Origin: Catajapyx aquilonaris
Taxonomy: Eukaryota
Reading direction: 5' to 3'
Assembly: GCA_000934665.2 (NCBI GenBank)
Contig: JYFJ02001692.1
Location: 1 to 64,000 of the forward strand
Length of the DNA: 64,000 nucleotides
The stretch's first letter is position 1; each line of letters opens with the position of its first letter. A program made the position numbers and the translations under genes. The notes under the pieces are model-generated. The model worked only from the letters and a program-made list of their open reading frames with translations. It searched no databases and was not told where the DNA came from. Shown here one piece after another: positions 26,531 to 38,772 of this stretch.

Positions 26531-29500
26531 GTAAGTTGAAGATGCACCCCCCTACTAATCAGAGCACCCTCGTCTAGAAAGCGTGTCTGAAAGCATCCAA
26601 AATTAGGACCAATAAGGGAAAGGAATTTTTTTTCCCCAGGAATTTTGTGTGATGAAGCACAAAAAAAGGTAGAGGGGGATCTTGCTGTCATTTACTCCCA
26701 AAATATAACCCGTCGCAAGGTGACATATGTTACGAGGATATATATTTATAGCTTCTCTCGGCCTTTCAAGCCAGCGGTTTTTATTCACTCGATTCTACAT
26801 CGTGGTTATGTACTATAGCTATGCATCTACGTAAGTCTACGTACAGTACTATTTATGTCCACATTCAGTTAGATGCAAAGTCACATTGACCGGAGACTGT
26901 TTTGTATAAGAAAAGAAAAGAAGGGTTTCGTTACATGTTGCTAATTATAAGACCATGGTTTCGTATATCCGAGACGGTTGGTCCTGCAGACTTTGACACT
27001 GACAACTGATACATGTTTTGTAAATTTTTGTCTCAACCTTGATCTTAGCAGTGACTCAGAAACGAAACAATGGGTCTTAAAAATGCTGATATCTGTTGTT
27101 TACTTGAAAATGATCTGGCAGACTTGATTGTTGTAGAGCGGATATGTGCACCTTGAAGCTTGAACCATGGTCGGGGTTCGTCTTTCTTCAACATGTTTTG
27201 CATTGCAACATTTGCAATTCCCGCCTCCTGAAAGTCATATCGGTCGTAACTGCTGCGTGGGCTACTTATAAATATCTTGCACAGGTGTAAGATACATTAT
27301 TGCGCATTAATTCTGGAGCTAAGGTTCAACTGTTGACCCGTGTTGACCTGTCTGGATGACAGTCTGGTTGCGACAATAATTGTAGGGTGTCTCAAAGTAA
27401 TTTGAACCCTTGGGTCTAGTACGGAAATTTGGGGGCTACCCACATGCATGGAAAACCCAGGGGGGGGGGGGGCTATAGTCAAGGTCAGTGGTCAGAGACC
27501 AATGTTTTGTGTTGCTACCCTTGGTTCGATGATGTGCTAAGATATGTAGGGTACCGAGGGGCTTCGAAAGGAGACTGATTGATCGCACGCAAAGGTGAGG
27601 AATCACGGAATTGGGTATGTCAACCTTGTGCAAGAAGATTTAGCGGTCAACTTCGGTCAAAGGGTGACGTCATTCGCCCTTTTAAATGAAAAAGTAATCA
27701 TCGGTCTGAATAACACTGTCGAAATCATTGGCTACACGATTCAACCTCGTGACCACCATTCTTCTAGTAACAAAGGCGAGAAGATTTTCTTTGTTAATAA
27801 CGTACCATTTCTTAGTATGTCCTCGTGGTTCACGTCACCACTTACGTAACTAACGATAACTATCCTACAATTATCTCACCATTTCGTAAACAACAGTATA
27901 GTTACAAGCCTAATGTAATTTACATCCTAAAAGCATAACTGTTGTTAGTTGAATCTGTGAAATATTTCATAATTCTCCAATTTTGGGATTCCATTCGTTT
28001 AATATGTATTTCGCACGTCAGCAGGCTGCCCCGGAGTGACGTCGTATATCGGACCGTGAAAAGCTCCGTATATCCGCGAACTATTGATCTCCTTTTCAGC
28101 TAGACCGCCAAACTAAATGGACGCGAAAACTGCCCTACCACAACAGTTGGCACTACGCCATAGGGAATCATGCAAGGGCAGCCTCCCGGTTTTATATCTT
28201 TTTTTGCACGAGAACAGGGGCATTGGAATGTGCACATGTTCTGGCATACGTTGACGTCAGAGTTCGAAGAATATTTCGCAATTTTGTGGTCAATTCAAAC
28301 ACGGCAGGAACATGCCCGCTAATGGACTCGAGCTCATTAGTTCATTCATAGATAAGTTTTATTCTGCTCTCATTGTCAGTAATCAGCCATTTATATGTAT
28401 ACACATATTGTTATCAAAATTACGCAAAGTGTTTCGTAGTGAACTCATGTTTCTGACTAATGCGTGGTTCACATATCTATTACTAACTGTAAGACCAGAT
28501 TAAGACATGTTGCACCATTCTTATCTAATAAGCGAATTTTGCCGAGTTTGAGGGATATTCTATAGCAAAACCGGATGTGTGTTTATGGCACATGTAAACT
28601 AGTTACGTCTCAAGCCCGACCAGCAAATCGCAAGTATTGAGGTATAAAACCCGATGTCTCCTCTTTAAGGCGAATATACTACAGGAAGGAAAAACATGTC
28701 ATTAGCTTCCTTTGAGATTGTTTTCATTTTCAGTGGTCTCCGCTAACATTCACACGCATCGGGCATGTCCGCCAGAAAAAAGAGATGGGTACATATATAA
28801 CCGAAGGTCGTTGTAGCCGAATCAATAAATTTTCACCCNCTCTCTCTCTCTACGCCATATCAAATTAGCGTATACTCCGAAAATGGACGAAATTGAAACC
28901 CGAGGAGAAATAATAACAAAGGCAAGGGAATGAACCTTGGTATCGCAATTAAGCCATTATAAAGGAACCTTTGCAAACTACGCAGCAACCTCGGTACGGT
29001 AATGACCCAAAAGCGAATGCAATTAGCGTTAAGTTGTTCCCAAGTGCATGATCTTCCAGAGATTTTGATGACTCAGGGATGTTGATTTTCTCAGAGCATG
29101 TTTGCAGCTGGAAATTGGCATTTATTATTCAGTCTGACACCTGCTTCATGACGTATAGATTTCGCACACGTTCAAAGAGATGCCTTTGATGTCAACGCCA
29201 ATCCCCCCCCCCCTCCTAAATATTCAGATTACTTCTAAGAATACCGACGTTGGTATATCGTCGGTTACGAAGAACCAAAGATTTACAGAGAATATTATTA
29301 TTACGAAGAAACAGGTTTGCATATTTTAAAAAGAGGTAGCATATACACGCCGCGGGCAATTATAACTTTGATTGATTGCCGCTTTCACGTGGGGTAGGCA
29401 TGCACTCGTTTAATACTTGTGCTCGTAAAGAGGATAATTAAGTAATTACCCTGCCGGAGTTTTTTTTTGTGGGGATGTCTCTAGACAGTATGTAAAGAAA

Positions 29501-29728
29501 AGCTAATTAAATGGACCGGTCTGTTTGCCAGCAAAATTATTTTCAATTTTTATTTATTTTATTTATATTTATTTTTATTTATACATATTAAATAATAAGT
29601 GCCAGTTTACACATAGCAGGAGTTCATATGCAAGGTGATGGTTGGCAAGTGTTTCCGACAGAGCCCATTCCTGCCGCAGCCATTTTCGAACAGTTCCAAA
29701 ACATCGATCCCAACCGCGCTGAAACAAG

Positions 29729-30316
29729 ATGGCTGCCTTCAGTGGGATGTACTCTTTGTCGCACATACGTTGTATAGTGCTGTACCGTACTGCTAAAGTG
29801 CGTGTGTTATCTGGCAGCTTCTGTCGGTTGCACACCGCCACCGACTTGGCACCTGAGCTTTCCCGTTTCAAGCCGGACTCATGGACCAACATAACAGCAC
29901 GTATAACGTCACACATGGGAAGAGGATTACATGTGACACCGGCACACCCTCTCTTTTTGGCCAAAGAAAGAATAGTTCGGTACATGAACTCGAGGTACAC
30001 CAACTCCAGGGGGAATCCTCTGTTCTCGGTGCATGAGCGGTTGAGTCCTGTGGTGACGGTGCATCAGAATTTTGATTCGTTGCTGGTGCCGGCAGACCAT
30101 CCAAGCAGAAGGAAGAGCGACTGTTATTATTTGGATGCAAGACATGTACTAAGGGCACACACCAGTGCACACCAGTGCGACCTAATCCAGATGGGATTGG
30201 ACTGCTTTCTGGTGGTTGGCGATTGTTACAGAAGGGACCAGATTGACAGGACACATTACCCTGTATTTCATCAGGTTGAGGCCGTCAGATTATTCTCAGC
30301 ACAGCACCTTTTTCAG
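29729..30316 (+). CDS. FARS2: Mitochondrial phenylalanine--tRNA ligase, exon 1
   Basis: Basic, acid-poor presequence-like N-terminus; SPVVTVHQNFDSLL, HPSRRKSDCYY, LRAHTSAHQ, GDCYRRDQIDRTHYPVFHQVE; CAG|GTAC donor. Confidence 0.96.
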
Positions 30317-30739
30317 GTACCTATGAATAATTGTAAAGCCTGCTAGCTGAAATGAGAGATTACTTGACGTACTCTCAGTTACAGTATGTGAGCTGATACA
30401 AATGAAATTCTAAATCAAGCAAAGCTCAGATTGCAATGTGCATAATGCGTAGAAGGGCCATTATGATGGCATTTGTTATGATAAGTAAAATGATTTATAA
30501 TTTTGTATCTTTGAAGCTACTTTATTGAATGTGACTCTTCAGATGGCATTTAGTTTGCTTGATCCTGTATGCTAGCACATGATGATGTAAAATAAGAGTG
30601 GAATTTTCTTCCCACTGATAGCTACTGCTAACTTAGCAGTACCAATGTTGGCCATGGCACTGATATGTTAACAATAACTATCAGTGGGACGAAAATTCCA
30701 CCCTAAGTCGAGTACCAGATTCAGAAAAGTTATTTTACA

Positions 30740-31325
30740 CGAGGGCCATTCAAAAATGATTTACACTTTATTGTTTTGCCACAAATACAGGGCCCATGCA
30801 GGTCGGCAGATAGGCATACATTATCGATAGAATCCTCCTGGAGCTGAACACACAGGAGTTATGGGTGTGGGAACCTGTCCAGGCCCTCCAGGAACCACAT
30901 TTTGGAGGTGCAGTGTACCCACTCCTGGACAACTGCTCGCAGTCACCAATTTCCTCGAAATGGGATCCCTGGCGAAGGGTGTTTTCATGGATCTGGGTTT
31001 GGGTTGGGTTTGGGTGCTTCCACACCCATCTCACTTTCCTGGCCTGCCCCCGAGTTACTTTCACCTGTTTGGAGCCATGAAAAAACCCCTTCGGCGACTC
31101 TCCATTTCGAGGACATTGTTGATGGTGAGCAGTTGTCTGGAAGTGGGTCCACCGCACCACCAAAACGTGGTTCCTGAAAGCCCAGGAGAGGTTCCCACAC
31201 CTGTGGCACCAGTGCATTCGGCTCCAGGAGGATTCTGTCGATAATGTGCGCCTATCTGTCGGCCTGCATGGGCCCCATATTTGTGGCAAAAAAATAAATT
31301 CTAAATCATTTTGGAATGGCCCTTG
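30740..31325. mobile_element. mariner-derived foldback element in the FARS2 intron
   Basis: CGAGGGCCATTC-type TIRs; internal VLPHPSHFPGLPPSYFHLFGAMK matches the mariner HPPYSPDLAPSDFHLF motif. Confidence 0.8.
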
Positions 31326-31764
31326 TATGTACCAATTGGGAAGATTAAATGTGGAAAACTTAATAATCATTGAATATATTAGTTTATACCATCCAAAACA
31401 TTAACCTTTGGAAAGTAATGTGAGGGAATTTTCTGTTTCTGAAGAACCAGGTGTTCGTAAGGATAATATAGCCACATACACAACTTCTAACAACACTTCA
31501 GTTAGTACATGTAGGACCATCCCCAGGGCAAGGTCTTGGGGCCTTTGAATGTATTTGGAGCAGCTACGTGTAATTTTTGATTTTTGAGGATTTTGTGTCC
31601 TGGAAATCATACTGTATTAATTTCATTAGACCACAAACGAAATAATTTTACTTAACCTTTGCAAAGGGCCCCACATTATGTACAGTACCATGGGCTTCTC
31701 ATAGCCTGGGGAGAGTCCTGATTTTATAAGCCACAGTGTTAATGGCACCTCTTGCCATTTTCAG

Positions 31765-32496
31765 GAGAAGCCAGGCATCAAGTTTCCTGATCTATTTGAA
31801 ACAGGGGAACGAACCCCACTGAAGCAGTCATGTCACACAATTCAAGCTAGAGAAGGTCTTGAATCAGACCTGAAGAGCTGTCTAGAAGGACTGACAAGTC
31901 GCTTGTTTGGTCCTGACACACCAATCCGTTGGGTAGATGCCACATTCCCTTTCACACACCCATCTTGGGAGATGGAGGTACAGCTAGGTGGGACCTGGAC
32001 TGAAGTGCTTGGATGTGGTATAGTTGAGCAAGAAATCCTGAACCGATGTGGTGCACACACAAAAGTTGGATGGGCATTTGGACTGGGATTGGAGCGTTTA
32101 GCGATGCAAATGTATGCCATACCAGACATTCGCCTGTTTTGGAGTAATGACACAGGACTTTTGTCTCAATTCAAGAATGCAGATCCTGATGATGTCATCA
32201 AGTACAAGACAATAAGCCAATATCCACAGTGCACCAATGACATCAGCTTTTGGCTTGGGAGTGTCGAGTTTGCAGAGAATGATTTCTATGACCTTGTTCG
32301 CACTGTGGGTGGAGACATGGTTGAACAGGTGGAATTGTTGGATAAATTTTTCCATCCTAAGAAAAAGAAGCACAGCCAGTGCTACCGGATAGTGTACAGG
32401 CACATGGAACGTACTTTAACACAGTTGGAGGCCAGTGAGGTCCACAAGAAGATAGAGGAAGATGCAGTGAAACAACTTGGGGTTGAGATTCGATAG
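31765..32496 (+). CDS. FARS2: Mitochondrial phenylalanine--tRNA ligase, exon 2
   Basis: FPFTHPSWEME, EVLGCG, GWAFGLGLERLAM, IPDIRLFWS and a C-terminal anticodon-binding domain (NDISFW...YRIVYRHMERTL); tttcAG acceptor in phase 0; AATAAA at about 32818 and 33113. Confidence 0.96.
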   Translation, partial: EKPGIKFPDLFETGERTPLKQSCHTIQAREGLESDLKSCLEGLTSRLFGPDTPIRWVDATFPFTHPSWEMEVQLGGTWTEVLGCGIVEQEILNRCGAHTKVGWAFGLGLERLAMQMYAIPDIRLFWSNDTGLLSQFKNADPDDVIKYKTISQYPQCTNDISFWLGSVEFAENDFYDLVRTVGGDMVEQVELLDKFFHPKKKKHSQCYRIVYRHMERTLTQLEASEVHKKIEEDAVKQLGVEIR

Positions 32497-33271
32497 AGTG
32501 TGATGGGGCATTGCAGGTGATCTGTGTAATACAAGAGTGATTACACAGAAATGGTCAAAGTTTAATTATTTATAATGGCTAAACATAATGGGCTGGAGGT
32601 TGGGGAATGTTTTGTTGTTTCTATTGTCAAAGTGATGGCAAGTCTTGGTGGGATAATTTTAGAGTTGACAATACTTTGTCGTAATAGCTGTAAAATCCCT
32701 CTAAGTTCACATTTTATGTTTAACATCATCGCAATGGCATACTGATCCTGGCACTTGTCCCATGGTTTGTAATTTGGGGGCTTGAGACTTTTTTTTTCTT
32801 CTTCTTTGATGAAAAGAAATAAAATCAGAATCACCTTTCCCAGGACTCATCTGTAAGTAGGTAGTATACTGATATGAACCAAAGACTCTAGCTCTCATGT
32901 TCAACCCAGCCAAGGGTGTTTCTGAGGGTGTCAGATAAGTAAAAATGCTCATACCAGTAGTGGAAGATCTAAAACTCTCACAATAACACTCATAACTTCA
33001 TTTAAAAAGTGTGATTATCCTCTGTGGATATACAGTATTGAAACTGATGTGTTAGCTATATTCCTTTCAGTTACACTAGTAACAGTGTGACTAGATATTT
33101 TGTAGTCAATTTCAATAAAAAATTTCTGATGTAGATATTTCATATGCTATGGCAAAATTTCATTATTGCAGGGTTAAAGACCTCTTGAATAATGCATGTG
33201 ATGCATATGGTAAAAAACTGGCAACATTTAAAAATGAAACTTAGGAGCAAAAAATGTTATTTCACTTATTT

Positions 33272-33523
33272 AGGGCGACACGGTGGCCGAGCGGTTAGCG
33301 CCGCAGCCTTCCACCTCTAAGGTCCCGAGTTCGATCCCCGGGTCGGACGGAGGATACTTATGTGGATAGAGTTTCGATGGGTTCTCTCCGTGTTCGCGTG
33401 GGTTTTCTCGGGGTTCTCCCGTTTCCTCCCACTAACAAAATCCATCACATTACAGGCAAATGATTAAAATCGGTTATTCAAAAGATGATCCCCTAAGAGG
33501 CCCAAGGGGCCTATCACGGGGTA
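33272..33523 (+). mobile_element. tRNA-derived SINE, family C (V-domain-like body)
   Basis: A-box TGGCCGAGCGG, B-box AGTTCGATCCC, (TTA)-rich tail, 15-bp TSD TTATTTCACTTATTT (33257-33271 / 33547-33561). Confidence 0.88.
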
Positions 33524-34428
33524 TCCATTATTATTATATTATATTATTATTTCACTTATTTGCAAGTTTATGCATGAAAATATGGAAGAGCTAGAAAGAA
33601 TTATTTCTCACAGGATGGCCATTGTGTACTTTTGCATAACACAAGGGTTTCTCCTGCAGTCCTTGGTATGTTTTCTGTGAAAAAGTGAAAGATGGAGGTT
33701 TGTATTATTGGAGAATCTTTTTATTTGAATAATTGCCTGAATTATGTTATGATGTGGTCTAGCGCTAGTTTTAACACACAAATGCCCGATTGCACCAACC
33801 GAAATTACGATCTGATAGCTCCTGATGGATTGTTAGGAACCATTTTAATGTATGCTAACGATCTGTTAGGAGCTATCGAATTAGTAATTGGTAATTGGTG
33901 CAATCAGGCAAAAATGTATGTAACAAAGCATACACCTGTCCTAACTCCCATGATTCTTCTTAAGGCTGTGTTTACATATGAGCAATTTGATAGGCGATTT
34001 GACCAAACAATTGGTTTCATAGCTCAGTGATGCTCATCACTGATCAAATCACTCACATGTAAATGCAGCTAGAGCTTAAATTGTTGTACACTCTGTAACT
34101 AGATGTAACTAAGCCTGTGTTGCTAATACCTATGCAATGTAAAATATAAAATTAATACATGATGTTTGCTTGTGATCTGTCATCCAATGCTGCAAGATTA
34201 ATTTTTCCCCAAAATATGTAGCTAGCTAAGTTGCATATGGTTATTGCACATCGTTCTTTAAAAGGCAGTAGCCACCGACTGTCCTATATTTTAATCTCAC
34301 ACCATCTGGATGACCCACCACAATAAAACAGTTATTGCAACAAGTAACACATTATTCTAATGTCAGTAATGTGATCCTATTTAATGTACTTGCATCTCTG
34401 TAAATGCCAATTCTCTTTTTCTTTTCAG

Positions 34429-34747
34429 GATTGGGCTATGGAATGGTGATAATCTCAGGGATAGTGTGCATCTACTACAACATCATAATTACGTGGACCC
34501 TATACTACATGTTCTTGTGCTTTCGTCGTGTGGTACCCTGGGCTACATGTGGCAACTGGTGGAATTCTGAGCATTGTGTGGGGGTTGAAAATGAAGATCA
34601 AGTGTCGTCAGTGGTAGAGGCACTTGCTAATTCAACCTCATCCTTCCTTGATGTTGAGAATGCAACTGATTTCATTGCAAATAGCACCAATGCCACTGTC
34701 ACTGAATTTCAAGGTGGACGGGTCACCGCAAGTGAGGAATTTTGGCT
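34429..34747 (+). CDS. SLC6 exon 4 (TM3 and extracellular loop 2)
   Basis: GLGYGM...YYNIIITW, PWATCGNWWNSEHC cysteine pair, four N-X-S/T sequons, SEEFW; canonical splice sites. Confidence 0.95.
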
Positions 34748-34769
34748 GTAAGTAATCTATTGGAATTTT

Positions 34770-35048
34770 GTGAAAAGATCAAGGTAGGGTAGAGCGGGGT
34801 AAGTTCTAATGTATGGCACAAGGTGGCAGGAGCTATCGAAAATCACGTAAAACGGACAGGGAAGAGTGCGAGGGGAAGTGCAAGGTGCAGTGCAATGTCT
34901 CACATGGTCGTTTTGTGAACTCCCCCAGGTGGTTAGTCTCGACCAACTCTGCACAAGGTGAAGGGGGGGAAGCCCGGGCTTGGGATCGAAACCGGGACCC
35001 TTACATCCATGTGTGCATACGTTTCCACAGTGCCACTCTACCTCCCCT
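34770..35048 (-). mobile_element. SINE family D, degenerate copy
   Basis: Reverse complement of GGATGTAAGGGTCCCGGTTTCGATCCC; colinear with 63040-63261. Confidence 0.65.
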
Positions 35049-35170
35049 CACTCTGCTAATAGTAGCACTACCTTCTCTCTTTCGTCACATTAATAAAAAA
35101 ATTGCCCCCAAGCTCAAGATGGCATTTTAACTTTTCCGGCGAGTATGTAAGTATCTATTGTAGAATTTTA

Positions 35171-35476
35171 AGGGAGGCGAAGTTGCTCTGCGGTAATGTA
35201 TGCACCCATGGATGTTAAGGTCCTGGGTTCCCCCCTTCATCTCGTGCACAGTTGGGCCATCTCTGGCTTCGTCTCAGGTGGAAATTTCCGCTAGACTAAT
35301 CCACCCGGGGTAGTTCACAAAATGACCAAGCAACGACATTGCACTTTCTCTTTGCGCATCCCCTCCTAGTTATCCTGATCTTGGACCAAGAAAATAATTG
35401 AAAAATTACATATGGTTCCAGAAGATGGTGGTATTTTCACCCCCCTAAGAGGCTGTAAAGGCCCTAGCACGGGGTA
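35171..35476 (+). mobile_element. SINE family D copy ending in the shared tail
   Basis: AGGGAGGCGAAGT head as at 63261 (minus); TSD-like ATTG(T/C)AGAATTTT flanks. Confidence 0.7.
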
Positions 35477-36273
35477 CAATTTAAAAAAAATAAATTGCAG
35501 AATTTTTGACGTGTCTTGAATCTCATGCTGCATAACCGCTCCGGCACTCTATGTAAGAGGTTAAGGTGCACTACCACGCTGTTATTGTTCTGTTTTGCAT
35601 GCATAATCAGGCAAATATTTTAAAAGGAGGCTGCACTTGTCCTTAACTAGACATGGTCAGGGGCAAGTGCGTACGGGTAATCAATATTGAATTATCAATA
35701 TTGAAGGAATAAAGCTAGCAGCCAAAAGAGGCGACAAGACATCTTTTTGTGGTCACCATTGGATATTCCGCGACTGGCGACAGGCTAATTTTGAAGACTG
35801 GTGTGAAAACACCTTGACATGATGCATTTAAATCAGATAATGTCAGTACTGTTAGCCAACCTGATGCAGAGCAGCGAAGAAAAGTTTGTCCTGTAAGAAC
35901 TAGTTGGTGTATTTTTATTCGGAATATACAGACTGACAGAGGAAGTTTGTGTCTTTGTGGCACTAGTCCTGTGCAATCCGAACAATGTTTATTACTGTGA
36001 GAGAATTCCAAAGTTGCCCTTACCCCATATCACGGGGCAAATGCAGCACTGTGCACCACGTGTGTATTTTAATTATTTTTTGGTGCACCCACATAGATTA
36101 ACATTATGCAATAGGCCACTTTGAAAGCTAATGAGGTAAGGTATATTGTCCATTACTTTTTTTTCCTCACTTGCTAATTACTGAGGAAGTAGCATGCCTT
36201 TAAACTGCATCTAATGAAAATCTGTTCACACTTGCCCCGCTTTACCCTACTCATGAAATGCATGTATATGTCA

Positions 36274-37507
36274 GGCTCAAACCCCGAAAACAGCCATTGA
36301 GTGAAATGCGCTTTTCAAAACGGGCAGATCGCAAAATACACAATGATTTCAAACCATCCATTTTACGAAATGCTCCTTTTAAAAAGATCAGAACACTTTT
36401 TTGGACTACACAAAAATGTCAGGATGCGAAATTAGTGTCGTGCATGGTTCAGAAAAAGCCCATAATGCACTGTGGCAGTTTCATGTTACCCACTGTGCCA
36501 TGTATACAGGGTGAAGGGAAACTCGTGGACAATCGCCAGGTAGACTGATAGTACTCGTAAAACTAGTATAAGGATGTGCAATTAGTTTTGGGCTCCGTTG
36601 CATAGTTAATGGGTACGGCGCCATCAAAGTTTCGTGACGTCACATCCGTTCTGCTTCAAAGAAGCAAAAGTCAGCTCGACGGCCTCCTGTCCCTTGCCTT
36701 GGTCCTCGAACACATCATCCATGTGCAATAGGTGATCAAATCCTGTCAGAGTAAGAATCCGGGTACGACACCCGCTTACTTTGTCGTTTTTCACTCGTAT
36801 TGTACCATCTGCCCCTCTACACTTTAAAGGCGCCATATACATTAATTACGCCACGGAGCCAAAGACTAATTGCACATACCTATATTAGTTTTGCGAGTAC
36901 TATAAGTCTGCCTGGCGATTGTCCGCGAGTTTCCCTTCACCTTGTATATAGCAACAATAGGGCGATTTATTTATTTCATTTACTTGGCGTAGTGGGAAAC
37001 AAGAAACTGTCACAATGTGTTATTGGCTTTTTTCTGAACCAGCCACGACACAAAATTTGTGTCCTCACATTTTTGTGTAGTCCAGAACAGGGTCCCCTAC
37101 ATGGTTGCCTCCCCCACCCTAACCAGGGTATTGTCTCACGTAGTCCTTATGGGGCGTCCATATTGGAGCTAGATTGCATGCTGGAGGATAGGAAATTGGC
37201 AAGCATCCATTTTTGTTTTTTCAAGGACATTTTTTCACTGCATGCAGATCCAATCTGATTTAGGTCCAATATGTCGGAGAGACAATACCCTGTCTAGGTG
37301 GGGGAGGCACTCATGGAGGTTACCCTGGTCCAGAAAAGTGTTCTGGTCTTTTTAGAATGAGCCTTTCGGGGTCTGCTCGTTTTAAAATGTACATTTCACA
37401 AAATGGATGGTTTGAATAGGAGGATCTCCCTATCTGCCTGTTTTGAAGAGAGCATTCTGCGAAATGCTTGGTTTTTTCTCTCAATGGCCGTTTTTGGGGT
37501 TTGCGCC
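36274..37507. mobile_element. Harbinger-like TIR element containing two nested MITEs (36507-36944 with TA TSD and long arms; about 37080-37335)
   Basis: GGCTCAAACCCCGAAAACAGCCATTGAG / CTCAATGGCCGTTTTTGGGGTTTGCGCC; inner TA|CAGGGTGAAGGGAAACTCG ... CGAGTTTCCCTTCACCTTG|TA. Confidence 0.7.
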
Positions 37508-37578
37508 TAATAATACACTTTGTTCTAATTGAATTGCTCATATAAATTTTTTGGCGCTAAGCACTTTTTCCAGTTACT

Positions 37579-37579
<1 letters not shown>

Positions 37580-37641
<62 letters not shown>

Positions 37642-37887
37642 CATACCCCGTGATATAGGCCTCCTTGGGCCTCTTAGGTGATCATCTTTTGAATAACCGT
37701 CTTTAATCATTGCCTGTGCTGTGATGGATTTTGATTGCGGGAAGAAACGGGAGAACCCCACGCGAACACGGAGAGAACCCATCGAAACTCTATCCACATA
37801 AGTATCCTCCGTCCGACCCGGGGATCGAACTCGGGACCTTATATGTGGAAGGCTGCGGCGCTAAGCACTTCACCACCGTGTCGCCCT
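37580..37887 (-). mobile_element. SINE family C with an expanded (TTA)n tail
   Basis: Reverse complement of the 33272 copy; the (AAT)n run at 37580-37640 is its tail; TSD-like TTTTCCAnTTACTTTAA flanks. Confidence 0.88.
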
Positions 37888-38772
37888 TTTTCCATTTACT
37901 TTAAGCAGTCATTGTAAATATTAGCTCATTATGCTAGGTTGAATTATTGAATAAATCAGTCAGGATTTTCAGTTGTGATAAACTGAACTCAGCACATTTC
38001 ATGTGACCCCTTTTGACCCACTGGCATTTGAGATCAATAACTGGATCTGTTTTTCTTCACCGCTTTGTCCCTCCTTCTCAATGCTGTATGCTGCACTTCT
38101 TTCATAATAATGTTGCTTTGTATTGTTGCAGCCTTTTTTGTTTATGAATTTGCAATGTGTGTGCAGGTTTTTTTCCATCACTGTTTGAACACATCTATCA
38201 AAATGTGAAATTATTAATGAGAGTGATATATTTTGAAAAAGTTCGGCATATTAGTAATAATGGTTATCCTGTGATTAGGGGGATTCTCTTTTAATTCCTG
38301 ATTTATTCGTTCAGTTAGTAAATGATGGTGGATTTTGTTTGAGGGAGGAAAGGGAAGAAGTAAACCCACGTGAACATAGAGAGACCTTGTCGTTCATTTG
38401 ACAAAAGGGCGAATGCAACATTTACAAAATTCTGCAGGAGAGCCAAAATAAACTTGAAAATCTGCTAAATCGCTATACAACAAAGGAAGATGGCGTTTTG
38501 ATTTCCCATTCCAACTCTGACGTCACTTGCCCCATGAGTTCGCCATTTTGTCAGAATGATGCTGGCAGAGGCCGTAATCCTATTTTAGAAAAAAAGGCCA
38601 AATTCTCCCTTTTGTCAGATTAACGACAAACTCAACAAAACTCTTTCCACATGAGAAATCCTCAGGGCTATCCAAGAATCGGCCTATCCAAGGGGGAAGA
38701 CTGGCACCAACTATTTCATAACCATGCTGCCATTGTTTGGCTTGTTAATTGACTTTTCAATTGAAATTACAG

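Noticed and set aside
29575..30254. Antisense ORFs over FARS2 (also 31842-32403)
   Set aside because: Shadow frames of a real coding exon, with no recognisable protein features
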